NCBI GenBank assembly: GCA_011056555.1
Contig: DSEQ01000009.1
Coordinates: 16,281 to 80,280 of the forward strand
Length of the DNA stretch: 64,000 bases
Source: Candidatus Zixiibacteriota bacterium
GTDB taxonomy: Bacteria; Zixibacteria; MSB-5A5; JAABVY01
Reading direction: 5' to 3'
Below, in pieces: positions 22,391-32,054 of this stretch. The stretch's first letter is position 1. Each line of letters opens with the position of its first letter. The notes beneath the pieces were generated by a model. That model searched no databases. It saw only the letters and a program-made list of their open reading frames with translations, and was not told the DNA's origin. Position numbers and translations under genes: made by a program.

Positions 22391-23935
22391 ATGAATCCCC
22401 CAGATCATGAAATAACTGCAGAGACCGATATCGAGGTCGAAAAACTGGAGCCTCGTGAGGCATTGAAAGAAGTTATCATCTACAATCCGATGAAAAACCC
22501 GGAGAGGACCAACGCCACCATGGGCCGGGTAGCGGAGGTAATCGGTATAATCATTGAAGATGACGAGAAAGCGAAGTTTCTGGATGACAAATGCAAATCC
22601 AAAATCAAGGGACACGAACTCGACGAACCACTGACTGCTGATGAGGGCACGGCGATTGCCGATATACTCGCAACAGACCTCAATCGGGACCAGGTAAACC
22701 GCGCAGTCAGGCTTTTTTATGAATCGGAAATTTCCACCGAAGAGGTCGTGGCGATGCATAAGAACTACAAAATCCCTGTATCGCGCCTTGAAGACGATCT
22801 CCTGCCGGTGCGGGGAAAAGGCGCCCGGATTTGGGATTCAAAAGGCAAATCGTATATAGACCTCGACAGCAATTACAGCGCGACCAATCTTGGCAACGCC
22901 AATCCTGAAATTGCACGCGGACTTTATAATCAGGCCAATCTGCTGATCTCCCAGAAAGAGGATCGTATCCAGGTCGCCCGTACACGCTTCCTGCGCGAGA
23001 TCATTGGTATGATGCCGGGCGATCTCACTCATTTTTACTGGCAGAATTCGGGAGGAGAGGCGGTCGACAAATCGATCAAAATTGCCAAGGCATATACCGG
23101 ACATACCGGGGTAGTTGCCTTCGAGAATGGTTTCCATGGGCGTACTCATGGCGCGGTGGCGGTTACATATAACAAAATGTACAGAGAACCATTTGGACTC
23201 GATAAGGAATCATGGGTGCATTTCGCGCCCTTCGGGAATCTGGATGCTGTGGAAAAATTTCTATCCTCCGGCGATGCTAAATCAGTGATTCTGGAATTGA
23301 TCCAGGGCGAAGAAGCGGGGATCAATCCCGCCACACGGGAATTCGCTCACGGTTTGCGTGAACTTTGTGATAAGTATGATGCTCTTATGATTGCCGATGA
23401 AGTGCAGACCGGATTTGGACGTGTGGCCGAGGCCGACGATCAATGGTTTGCCAGCCATGTTTACGGCATCACGCCGGACATAATAACCATCGGCAAATCG
23501 TTCGGCGGCGGCTACCCGGTTACGGCAGTGGTTACCAAAAAGCATATCTCCGAGAAAATGCATCCGGGCATGGATGGTTCCACTTTTGGTGGTAATCCTA
23601 TGGCTATGGTGGCGGCCCTGATTGCCACACGCCAGATGAGAACCCTGGGTCTCCCCGGGCTGGCCGTCAAAAGATCGAAGGAATTTGCATCGGGGCTCAA
23701 AAATATAAAATCACCCATGTTAAAAGGATTTCGCACGGCGGGACTCATGATAGGTATCGATTTTGATTCCCGTGAGAACATGATAAAGGTACAGGAAGGC
23801 ATGAAGAAGTATGGTGCCCATTCATCCCTTTCCACCGGGCCGACCATGCGCTGGATGCCTCCCTTGGTTATCGAAAGCGATGAAGTGCAGGAAGTGCTGG
23901 GTGCTTTTCAGAAATCTTTGAATGATGCACAATAG
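22391..23935 (+). CDS. class III (acetylornithine/ornithine-type) PLP aminotransferase with a ~115-aa N-terminal extension of unknown function
   Basis: The aminotransferase core runs from ~aa 120 (RIWDSKGKSYIDL ... ADEVQTGFGR ... IGKSFGGGYP). The ATG at 22391 has an AAAAAGGAG SD. The ORF-track start at 22328 is probably too far upstream. Confidence 0.8.
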   Translation: MNPPDHEITAETDIEVEKLEPREALKEVIIYNPMKNPERTNATMGRVAEVIGIIIEDDEKAKFLDDKCKSKIKGHELDEPLTADEGTAIADILATDLNRDQVNRAVRLFYESEISTEEVVAMHKNYKIPVSRLEDDLLPVRGKGARIWDSKGKSYIDLDSNYSATNLGNANPEIARGLYNQANLLISQKEDRIQVARTRFLREIIGMMPGDLTHFYWQNSGGEAVDKSIKIAKAYTGHTGVVAFENGFHGRTHGAVAVTYNKMYREPFGLDKESWVHFAPFGNLDAVEKFLSSGDAKSVILELIQGEEAGINPATREFAHGLRELCDKYDALMIADEVQTGFGRVAEADDQWFASHVYGITPDIITIGKSFGGGYPVTAVVTKKHISEKMHPGMDGSTFGGNPMAMVAALIATRQMRTLGLPGLAVKRSKEFASGLKNIKSPMLKGFRTAGLMIGIDFDSRENMIKVQEGMKKYGAHSSLSTGPTMRWMPPLVIESDEVQEVLGAFQKSLNDAQ

Positions 23936-23996
23936 GGAGCCGGCCGGGACCGAAGCAGGCAACCTCTGCGACCGAAACCAGATCTGAAAACAGTTG

Positions 23997-24024
23997 CGGC
24001 AGGTCCTCAGACCTGCCGTTTTTT
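23997..24024. terminator. bidirectional rho-independent terminator between the convergent aminotransferase and SSS genes
   Basis: Stem CGGCAGGTC/GACCTGCCG (9 bp), loop CTCA, then T6; the SSS stop codon overlaps the T-run. Confidence 0.7.
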
Positions 24025-25873
24025 ATTGCAATTTTGACCTCGTCTTAGATAACGCAGAGAAGGCGGTAAGAAGTGTAAAGGAAATAATCGATACGCCCAC
24101 CCCGAACACGGCCGGATCGAACTGATTCATGAATTCGTAGGTACGCTCGCTGAAAATCGCAAAATCGAATTTATCGTCGAGAACCATCATAAATCGATAC
24201 AGCAGGGTTATAACCGTAGCAGCCAGCATAGTAATAAATATATTGCGGGTCATTGTGCTGGAGCGTTTCTTGTAGATCGCACCCACTGATACTGGCAGAA
24301 TTATAGCCGGCGCCCAGACATGATATGTAAACAACAGCAGGCCGATAATATCAGACCACAGAACGGCAATCAGAATAGCAGTAACACCCAGCAGGGCAGT
24401 GCAGATTCGCGCCAGCCGTAATATTTTGCCGTCGCCCTTATCAGTCCAGCCCAGTTGATGTTCAAACAAGTCCTTCACAAAGATAGCGGTGGAGGAATTC
24501 AGCGCTGAGTCCGCCGACGACATCACCGCCATTAAAAGCGCGCCGATCATCAATCCCCCGATCACGGGATTATTCAGGGTCTGGACCACCATCGGAAGCG
24601 CCTGCTGTGGATCAATATCCGGATAATGCACCCGGGCATAAAGTGCAATGAAGAAGAGTACCACCGGAAAAGTGATTGCCAGGAAAAAACCTACACCGGC
24701 GATACCGATCCGCGTATTCCTGATATCTTTGCCAATACAATACCTTGTGGCGTAACCCGGGGCAAAGGTCTCTCCCAGGAAGAAGGCCAGAAATGTGGTA
24801 ATTAGAAACATCCAGCCCATGCCACCTTCAATCTTGAAGAAATTGGCGGAAATCTGCCTGTTGCGGGTTATCTCATCCGGATATGCATCCTGAATCAAGG
24901 ACAGGTTGAATTTGCGCAGCTCGCGATCTTTGAGATCAGCGCTCATAAACTCCAGCGTCTGGGGGCTCAGGTTGACATGCGCGAAGCGCGCCTTGCTGTA
25001 AAATTCTTTCTCAATCAAAAAATAATTGAAGATATCAACCAGTTCTTTCCGCAGTTCCGAAGAATCGCTCTCCGGCTCTCTTAGAATGTCCAATGACAGT
25101 TTTTCTGTCCCATTTATCCCCTCCCGTATATAGCGGGAGACAGAATCTGGAGAGTTCAAAATTGTCTCCGACAAACCTGCGGGATCGACAAAATCGGCGG
25201 TTCCGAATCTATTCGGCACAAATTTGCCGGTCTCGGAATTATAGGAATCCGAGATTGAGGGGATACAGAACAGCAGAGTGATTGCAAATCCCCCCAGAAG
25301 AACCATAAACTGAAATAAATCAGTATGAATAACCGCTAAAAGTCCGCCGGCCGTACTGTAAATCACCACCATTGCCCCGCCGATAATTATGGCCCAACGA
25401 AGGACGTTCTGCGAATCTGCAAATTCCGGCAGAATTGCTGACAGCACCGTGCCGAAAGCAGCCATTTGCGCCGCCACGATAAAGACTGAAAACAGAAGCG
25501 ATAGAATCAAGACCAGGAAGCGCGGCCTCTCGCCGTAACGATGACCGAAATATCCGGCCACAGTGTAAAGCTCGGCTTCGCGAAACTGCGGCGCCACAAC
25601 CAGTCCGGAGAAGATAAAATGAAAATATCCGCCGGTCGATACCAGGAGCCAGAGGATGCCAAATTCGTAAGTATGGCCGATATTGCCAATCGAATAACCC
25701 CCGCCTATTACAGTCGCACCCATGGTAGCGAAGAGCATGAACCAGCCGACATTACGTCCGGCCACAAGGAAATCATCGGAAGTACCAACTTTCCTTACTT
25801 TCAGAACACCCTTGGTAAAGATGAAGATCATGTAGGCGATTACAATGCCCCATAAGATAAGACGTTCACTCAT
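24023..25873 (-). CDS. sodium:solute symporter (SSS family) with a ~140-aa internal hydrophilic insertion
   Basis: 616 aa. The N-terminus (DFLVAGRNVGWFMLFATMGATVIGGGYSIG) is SSS-like. Residues ~205-345 are charged and non-membrane, flanked by TM helices. Confidence 0.8.
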   Translation of the reverse strand: MSERLILWGIVIAYMIFIFTKGVLKVRKVGTSDDFLVAGRNVGWFMLFATMGATVIGGGYSIGNIGHTYEFGILWLLVSTGGYFHFIFSGLVVAPQFREAELYTVAGYFGHRYGERPRFLVLILSLLFSVFIVAAQMAAFGTVLSAILPEFADSQNVLRWAIIIGGAMVVIYSTAGGLLAVIHTDLFQFMVLLGGFAITLLFCIPSISDSYNSETGKFVPNRFGTADFVDPAGLSETILNSPDSVSRYIREGINGTEKLSLDILREPESDSSELRKELVDIFNYFLIEKEFYSKARFAHVNLSPQTLEFMSADLKDRELRKFNLSLIQDAYPDEITRNRQISANFFKIEGGMGWMFLITTFLAFFLGETFAPGYATRYCIGKDIRNTRIGIAGVGFFLAITFPVVLFFIALYARVHYPDIDPQQALPMVVQTLNNPVIGGLMIGALLMAVMSSADSALNSSTAIFVKDLFEHQLGWTDKGDGKILRLARICTALLGVTAILIAVLWSDIIGLLLFTYHVWAPAIILPVSVGAIYKKRSSTMTRNIFITMLAATVITLLYRFMMVLDDKFDFAIFSERTYEFMNQFDPAVFGVGVSIISFTLLTAFSALSKTRSKLQ

Positions 25874-25986
25874 TGGCTGATCCCTCCCTGAATATGGGCC
25901 AACAGAACTGCTGCGGTATGGTAAGAGGTCTTATGCAGATTTATCTTTAGTCTTGAATCCCAGTCTGAGAAGATGAAGTCTTCCTC

Positions 25987-27144
25987 CTATGATTCTATCT
26001 CATCCAGCACCGGCTCAATTTTCGATTTGCCTTTCTTGCCCAGCTTTTGCTCGAATACATCCAATGAGGGTACTATGGCTTTTTCCAGATAACGTCCGCT
26101 CATCAATCTCAGGAGCGCGGAATAATTGCACCTGAATTTGATCGTGTCGCCGACTTTCAAACCATCCGGATTATCACCCAGGTTCACCACTACTATATCA
26201 CTGGAGGCTCCGGCGATCCTGTGTTCGGGGTCGATCGGAGTCAAACCCCCGACATCAGTGTCGAGCTGGCCTACGCTGACCAGGGCGCGATACCCCCGCT
26301 GCCCCGGGGCTATTTCCTCATCGTCATCGGGCGAAAATGGTGTGGGTGTAGAAGTTCCTGTTTCGGCGGCGGTTGCCAGATTCTTCTCCTTCATTTCCGC
26401 AATCTCAGCCTCCAGCAGAACGACATCGTCACGAAGCTCGGGCAGTGTCCCGCCGTTAATCAGATCCGTGCCCAGAAATATTGCCTCTCCGATCCTGAAA
26501 TGGTTGATGGCCTTTGGAAGGGTCTTCTCGATTAAAAGAGGGAGCACCGCCGTCGATCCGCCCGAGATCATGGAAAGTTTGTGCTGGAACTTCAGCTCCA
26601 AGAGCTCGCGGTACAGTATCAGCTGCATGAATTGATCTATAGACGGCACCGCGCCCGCGAGACATCCCAGGTTGGCGCCGATCCCCAGAACCTCGATATT
26701 CGAAAGATGAAATACTTCTTGATAAAATTTAATCAACGAACCGGGAAGGATACCCTCACGAAGATCGCCCAGTTCGATCATTATTATGATCCTGTGGATT
26801 TTATCCTGCAACGCTGCTTCTCTATTGAGCTCGTTGATCACATCAATTTCGCTGTTCAGGCTGACATCCGACAGCGAAATGACATCATGTATCGAGGAGA
26901 GATCCGGTACGCGCAGGTACCATGTCTCGAAGTCGCCGACCGATTTGCGTATCGCTGCGAAATTCTCCAAGCGCGAGTCGCCTATGGAATTGACTCCCAG
27001 CATTTTCAGTGCCTTGACAGTTTCAATATGACCGCAGAGAACCTTGGTGACTACTGTCCAGCTTGCCCCATGCTTCTTCATCCAGCGATTAATTGTCGCC
27101 AGGTTATGCTGGAGTATGTCAAGATTTATGGTTACCCTGTTCAT
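25987..27144 (-). CDS. alanine-racemase-fold (fold-type III PLP) protein, YhfX/ornithine-racemase-like
   Basis: 385 aa. The N-terminal TIM-barrel has a candidate PLP lysine in WTVVTKVLCG. Size and layout resemble YhfX-type predicted amino-acid racemases. Confidence 0.6.
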   Translation of the reverse strand: MNRVTINLDILQHNLATINRWMKKHGASWTVVTKVLCGHIETVKALKMLGVNSIGDSRLENFAAIRKSVGDFETWYLRVPDLSSIHDVISLSDVSLNSEIDVINELNREAALQDKIHRIIIMIELGDLREGILPGSLIKFYQEVFHLSNIEVLGIGANLGCLAGAVPSIDQFMQLILYRELLELKFQHKLSMISGGSTAVLPLLIEKTLPKAINHFRIGEAIFLGTDLINGGTLPELRDDVVLLEAEIAEMKEKNLATAAETGTSTPTPFSPDDDEEIAPGQRGYRALVSVGQLDTDVGGLTPIDPEHRIAGASSDIVVVNLGDNPDGLKVGDTIKFRCNYSALLRLMSGRYLEKAIVPSLDVFEQKLGKKGKSKIEPVLDEIES

Positions 27145-27629
27145 TTGGTATACCTCATCTCGGCATATTTTGTGGTCATCCCCAGCCGTTCATAAAGCTT
27201 CTTGGCCGGATTGTCATATTCTACATGAAGTTTCACATCCCCCTCAGCCTTATCGAAGCTGTACTTGACAATCTCTCCGCCGATCCCCTTGCCGCGGGCA
27301 ACCGGATCGACCGCTATAAAGAGCAGGATATTGGGAGGAATATAACCGCCCATATCGGTATGCAGCATTACCAGGGCACCCACCGGCTGTTTTTCGATCT
27401 CACCAATCAGGATGAATCCGCCCTTGCCCTCGGCATCGGAAAATGCATAGTCGATCGCTCTTTTAATATCCTCAACCGTATCTTCGTAGGGCTTCAGGCT
27501 TTCATGCAGAAAGCGCGCCAGCTCATCAACGGTAATCCAGTCCGGCATCTCCTCCGGTTTATGCACTTCGTGTATCTTCAGGTTCTCTTTGCTGATCTTA
27601 TTCTTGTCAAGCTTACTTTCAGTTGCCAT
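27141..27629 (-). CDS. GNAT-family N-acetyltransferase
   Basis: 162 aa with motif A VDPVARGKGIGGEIV. The start overlaps the upstream stop by 4 nt. Confidence 0.8.
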   Translation of the reverse strand: MATESKLDKNKISKENLKIHEVHKPEEMPDWITVDELARFLHESLKPYEDTVEDIKRAIDYAFSDAEGKGGFILIGEIEKQPVGALVMLHTDMGGYIPPNILLFIAVDPVARGKGIGGEIVKYSFDKAEGDVKLHVEYDNPAKKLYERLGMTTKYAEMRYTK

Positions 27630-27631
27630 TC

Positions 27632-28210
27632 TTAATTCCCTTCTTTTGCTGATCCGTTTCCTTCATCCGGATCGTTTTGTTCGTCGATAACTGTTATTTC
27701 CGATGCCTCCAGTGGATGGCTGGATAAAAAGGGCGAGGCATCAAGCTTATCGGCACCCATCATAAGCGCTATCCTGTTGAGCGAATTCAGAATCTGGGTC
27801 TTCTCGCTCTCATCCAGATTACTGAATTCGGCCAGAAATTTTTCCTGCAGCAGGGGAGGAGCATTCTCCAGGATTTTTCGAGCGGATTCTGTACCCCGCA
27901 CAAATACCTGACGACGATCCCTCGATCCCCGCCGCCTTTCCACCAGACCCCTGCGCTCCAGACGGTCGATAATACCAGTCACCGTGGCGTTACTCAGGCT
28001 GGCGGTTTTGGCCAGTTCACCCAGAGAGGTCTCCCTGTTTTTCATAATTGATTGCAATAGAAGGAGTTGCGGTCCCGTAAGGCTGTAGTCCTGGACAAGC
28101 CGCCGAGAATGCAGATCAATTGCGCGCATAATACGTCTGAGCGCCACAATCACCTGATCCGAGTATTTTATTTCCGTATCAACCATCTTTTCTATACAAA
28201 TATTTTGCAC
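27632..28210 (-). CDS. MarR-family transcriptional regulator with an acidic C-terminal tail
   Basis: Winged-helix segment LTGPQLLLLQSIMKNRETSLGELAKTASLSNATVTGIIDRLERRGLVERRR. The start codon is uncertain: GTG at 28210 or ATG at 28186. Confidence 0.75.
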   Translation of the reverse strand: MQNICIEKMVDTEIKYSDQVIVALRRIMRAIDLHSRRLVQDYSLTGPQLLLLQSIMKNRETSLGELAKTASLSNATVTGIIDRLERRGLVERRRGSRDRRQVFVRGTESARKILENAPPLLQEKFLAEFSNLDESEKTQILNSLNRIALMMGADKLDASPFLSSHPLEASEITVIDEQNDPDEGNGSAKEGN

Positions 28211-28330
28211 GCTAAATATCTACGAATTAATTAATAAGTCAAGATAATTTTTCATAGAAAATTAGCCCTTCATCAACTGTTCTTAATCTATAACATGATG
28301 TAAGCAAAGAAGTTCCGGGATGGCCCGGGC

Positions 28331-28819
28331 TTATTTCTGGCTGCTTTTGTAAACATCGGGTGTTTCTTGAGGATATTCCTGATCCCGTAATTCCGGCCGG
28401 CGAACCTTCCCTCCCAGATGCGCTGTCCAGAGCATCAGAGCGGCGCTCAATATTGCCACCAGCAGGGTAGCGATCACTGTCCAGGAGGGCATCTTCGAGC
28501 GGACTTTCCATACTGCAAGCGAAATCAGCGCCAGTGCGCCCATGATAAGCGAGACAATAAAGGCAAGCTCGGCTGCCTCCTCGTGTTCATGAGCCATCTC
28601 CTCAGACACCCCTGGCTGGTGTTCGATTTCCTCCTCTGCCGGTTCCCCCGTCAAATAAGTGGGAACTGCAAAAACTGCAAATATTAGAAGCATGGCCAGA
28701 GACGTTTTAATAAGCAGGGCCTTTTTGAAAACCAGACCTGTAATCAAAATTGCAAGCCCGATCAAAATACCAATTACAGGAACGTGATTCAATAAGATAT
28801 GAAGGTATGCCGAACTCAT
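28331..28819 (-). CDS. integral membrane protein (4 TM), unknown function
   Basis: 162-aa hydrophobic ORF with an SD upstream. Confidence 0.5.
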   Translation of the reverse strand: MSSAYLHILLNHVPVIGILIGLAILITGLVFKKALLIKTSLAMLLIFAVFAVPTYLTGEPAEEEIEHQPGVSEEMAHEHEEAAELAFIVSLIMGALALISLAVWKVRSKMPSWTVIATLLVAILSAALMLWTAHLGGKVRRPELRDQEYPQETPDVYKSSQK

Positions 28820-28849
28820 ATTACTCCCCTTTGTTCATTATTCCAGATT

Positions 28850-29614
28850 TTAATTTCTAAGATAAGAAGCCCCATTGATATCGACAATGCTTCCGGTCAT
28901 ATATTCCGGAGCATCCGAAGCAAGGTATTCAACCAGTCCGGCGATCTCATCCGGGCTTGCGGCGCGATTCAACGGGCTCTGGGCGCGCACTTCATCCCCC
29001 CCGGGACCCTCCAGAGTATCCTTAACCATATCCGTTTCGACATATCCGGGAGCAACTGTATATACGAATATCTTGAGGGGTGCCAACGCTTTGGCCAGGG
29101 ATTGGCTCATGGAATTCATACCTGCTTTGCTGGCGCCATAGGCAGGGGCATCCGGCTCGCCCCGAAATGCTCCACGTGAAGAAATATTGATGATCCTCCC
29201 TCCTGCATTCTTAATCATTTGCCGGGCAACAAAATAGGCAAGATCGGCGGGGCCGATAAGGTTGGTGTAAATTGTCTCTTTCCAGGCCTTCTGCCAGTCC
29301 TCGAAGCTGGTTTCCGCCGGGGGATGTTCGATAAAAACCCCGGCATTGTTCACCAGCACATCAACTCTTCCCATAGCCTGCATGACATTATTAACCATCG
29401 CCTGCAACGATTCTGAATCCGCCAGATCCGCCTGCGAGACCTGATGAGATTTACCCGGAAGTTCAGCCAGAGTTTTTTCGGCCCCGGCCTTGTTCTTATT
29501 ATAATGCACTATGACCCGATAGCCTTTCTCAGCAAATCTTTTCGCAACAGCCTTACCTATTCCCCGTGATGCTCCTGTTACCAATACAACTTTGCTTTCC
29601 AAATCGACGCCCAT
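28850..29614 (-). CDS. short-chain dehydrogenase/reductase (FabG-like)
   Basis: Segments TGASRGIG, NNAG and a YxxxK-type catalytic region (YGASKAG). Confidence 0.85.
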   Translation of the reverse strand: MGVDLESKVVLVTGASRGIGKAVAKRFAEKGYRVIVHYNKNKAGAEKTLAELPGKSHQVSQADLADSESLQAMVNNVMQAMGRVDVLVNNAGVFIEHPPAETSFEDWQKAWKETIYTNLIGPADLAYFVARQMIKNAGGRIINISSRGAFRGEPDAPAYGASKAGMNSMSQSLAKALAPLKIFVYTVAPGYVETDMVKDTLEGPGGDEVRAQSPLNRAASPDEIAGLVEYLASDAPEYMTGSIVDINGASYLRN

Positions 29615-29781
29615 ACTGTCTCCTCCCGATGGATTTACCAGACAAGCTCTTGATTGTGGCGCCCTCCATTCAGCCGCCAGTAATTTAAACCTGTCCTGAT
29701 ACTATGTCAAACCTTGAAATGCCAAAAATTTCGGCTTGTTCCCCCTGAGTCAGCACCACCAGCCTTGACAGAGAAGCGGGA

Positions 29782-31785
29782 CTATTTCTTGCCGGCCTTA
29801 ATCAGTTTCTGAAACCTGCTTATATGCTCCACATCTCCCAAGACATAGAGCGTATCTTCGGCTTCAATCCTGGATGGCCCATCCGGGCTGGTGATAACCC
29901 TGTCCCCCCTCTGAATGGCAATCACTGTAATCCCATGCTTCCTTCTGAGATCAGTCTCCATCAATGTTTTCCCGGCTAATTCGGCTTTTTTATCAACCCT
30001 GAGCGAGCAGACATCAATATCCGAAAGATGGCGCTTGAGGTCAGAGACACTGGAAGTCCTGCGTGAAAGCCCGCGGAACATCTGGTAACTGTCCGCCCTG
30101 ACCTCATCTATGAATTTATCGATCTCCTCGCGCGGCACCAGGTATTTCATCAGCACCTGAGTGAAAATCTCGACTGATGTCTCGAATTCCTCTGGTATCA
30201 CATTATCCGCTCCCAGGTCATATAACGGTTTCATTTCCTGCACAAAACGTGTCCTGACAATTATATGAACACGCGGGTTCATGCGCCGGGCCAGCGCGGT
30301 AATGCGCCGGGTAGCGCTGGGATCGGCAATCGTAATAACGAGAATGCGCGCCTTTTTAATGGCGGCCTGGTGCAGGGCGGCCTCGCCTGTGGCATCACCG
30401 TAAAATATCGGCTCACCCTTCTCCCGCTCCTGGTTGACTGTATCCGGATTCATTTCAATTACTCTGTAATCTATATTCGAGGCCCTGGCTGCACGGGCAA
30501 CATTGCGACCATTGATCCCAAAGCCGATTATTATAAGGTGATCATCCAGGGCTTCGGCAGAAACATGCTTATTTTCTCCCATTGCAATATATGATCCGCT
30601 TTTGTATTTCCTCAGGAAGGGCCAGTCCGACATCCTCTCCGCAAGGCCCGGGGCGGCAGACATGATGAAAGGCGTGACACCCATGGTTAGAATCGAAACC
30701 GCTATAAATCTCTGATATAGATCGCCGTCGATCAGGTTAAACTCCAGTCCGACCCTGGAAAGAATAAACGAAAATTCACCTACCTGGCCCAGGGAAAGTC
30801 CGGCAATTAAAGCCGCACGGCTGGACATCCCCAGAAGCAAAGCCACTCCTGCGGCCAATCCGCTTTTTACGAAAAGGACCAACACAGCACCGCCGGCAAT
30901 TAGAAACGGATTTTCCAGAAAGAACGATATATCCAGAAGCATGCCCACGGATACAAAGAAGAAACTTGTGAAGACCTCCTTGAAGGGCAGGATTCCCTCC
31001 AGCGCTCTATGGCTGTATTCGGATTCGGAGATTACCAGGCCCGCAAGAAATGCTCCCAGTCCCAGCGACAAGCCGGCCTGTGATGTCAGCCAGGCCACGG
31101 CCATTCCGATTACAACTATGCTCAATAGAAAGAGTTCGCGGCTCTGGGTACGGGTTATCTGGTATAATATTCCCGGCACCAGGTAGCGCGCGGTCAGAAC
31201 TACAAGTATAATAACCGCCAGGGCCTTGACAACAAGCATTAAGGGCGATGATCCGGTATGACCCTCAGCCCCGGCCAGGAGAGGGGTGAAAATCATCATC
31301 GGCACTATGATTATATCCTGGAAGATCAATATTGAAAGTACCACCCGTCCATGCGGACTGGCGATTTCGACCTTTTCCTGGAGCACACGCAGGACAATCG
31401 CGGTGCTGCTCAATGCTATCAGGCAGCCGATGAAAAAGGCCCGGGAGGGCTCCTGCCCGAGCTGTATGGCCACCAGGTAGGCAAGTGCTATTGTCAGCAA
31501 CACCTGCAATGTACCCCCCAGCATCACCAGGCGTTTCGAGCGCAGCAGGCTGCGGAATGAAAACTCGATTCCAATCGAAAACAGGAGCAGGATCACGCCA
31601 ATCTCCGCCAGAACCTCTACATCATGTATTGACCTGACGATGCCAAGCGCAGATGGCCCGATTAATAGCCCGGTTACCAGAAATCCAACGATCGAGGGTA
31701 TGCCCAGGCGATGACATATAAAGAGGACGACGACGGAACACCCAAAAATTACAACTATGTCCTGGAGAATCGGAATTTCACCCAC
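29782..31785 (-). CDS. CPA2-family monovalent cation:proton antiporter with TrkA-N and TrkA-C domains (KefB/KefC-like)
   Basis: 667 aa. The N-terminal ~400 aa form a Na_H_exchanger-like membrane domain, followed by a Rossmann segment IIIGFGINGRNVARA and a TrkA-C region. Confidence 0.85.
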   Translation of the reverse strand: MGEIPILQDIVVIFGCSVVVLFICHRLGIPSIVGFLVTGLLIGPSALGIVRSIHDVEVLAEIGVILLLFSIGIEFSFRSLLRSKRLVMLGGTLQVLLTIALAYLVAIQLGQEPSRAFFIGCLIALSSTAIVLRVLQEKVEIASPHGRVVLSILIFQDIIIVPMMIFTPLLAGAEGHTGSSPLMLVVKALAVIILVVLTARYLVPGILYQITRTQSRELFLLSIVVIGMAVAWLTSQAGLSLGLGAFLAGLVISESEYSHRALEGILPFKEVFTSFFFVSVGMLLDISFFLENPFLIAGGAVLVLFVKSGLAAGVALLLGMSSRAALIAGLSLGQVGEFSFILSRVGLEFNLIDGDLYQRFIAVSILTMGVTPFIMSAAPGLAERMSDWPFLRKYKSGSYIAMGENKHVSAEALDDHLIIIGFGINGRNVARAARASNIDYRVIEMNPDTVNQEREKGEPIFYGDATGEAALHQAAIKKARILVITIADPSATRRITALARRMNPRVHIIVRTRFVQEMKPLYDLGADNVIPEEFETSVEIFTQVLMKYLVPREEIDKFIDEVRADSYQMFRGLSRRTSSVSDLKRHLSDIDVCSLRVDKKAELAGKTLMETDLRRKHGITVIAIQRGDRVITSPDGPSRIEAEDTLYVLGDVEHISRFQKLIKAGKK

Positions 31786-32054
31786 TCAGGAGTTCCTTTC
31801 AAATACTTTCGCGCCATGTTTTCGGTGGAACAACCGAAACCGTTCACCCCAAGTTAATTAAGATCAGCTTTTGATTACAAGTAAAAAAGCTGTTTAATTT
31901 GGATTTCAGGTATACCCGGGACGACCTATGCCCTCGATGATCGTCTGTATCGGCAGGGAGGACGGCAAATTATTTACAACAAATGTATTGCCATATTTTC
32001 AACACTTATATAATTTGTTTAAGCCTTGATAAAAAACTATAATCCGGGGCCGAT

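Noticed and set aside
31786-32054. Hairpin CAGCTTTT..AAAAGCTG at ~31870-31900 as a terminator
   Set aside because: No convergent gene ends here. It sits in the divergent promoter region between the CPA2 and Omp85-like genes, so it is more likely regulatory or coincidental.
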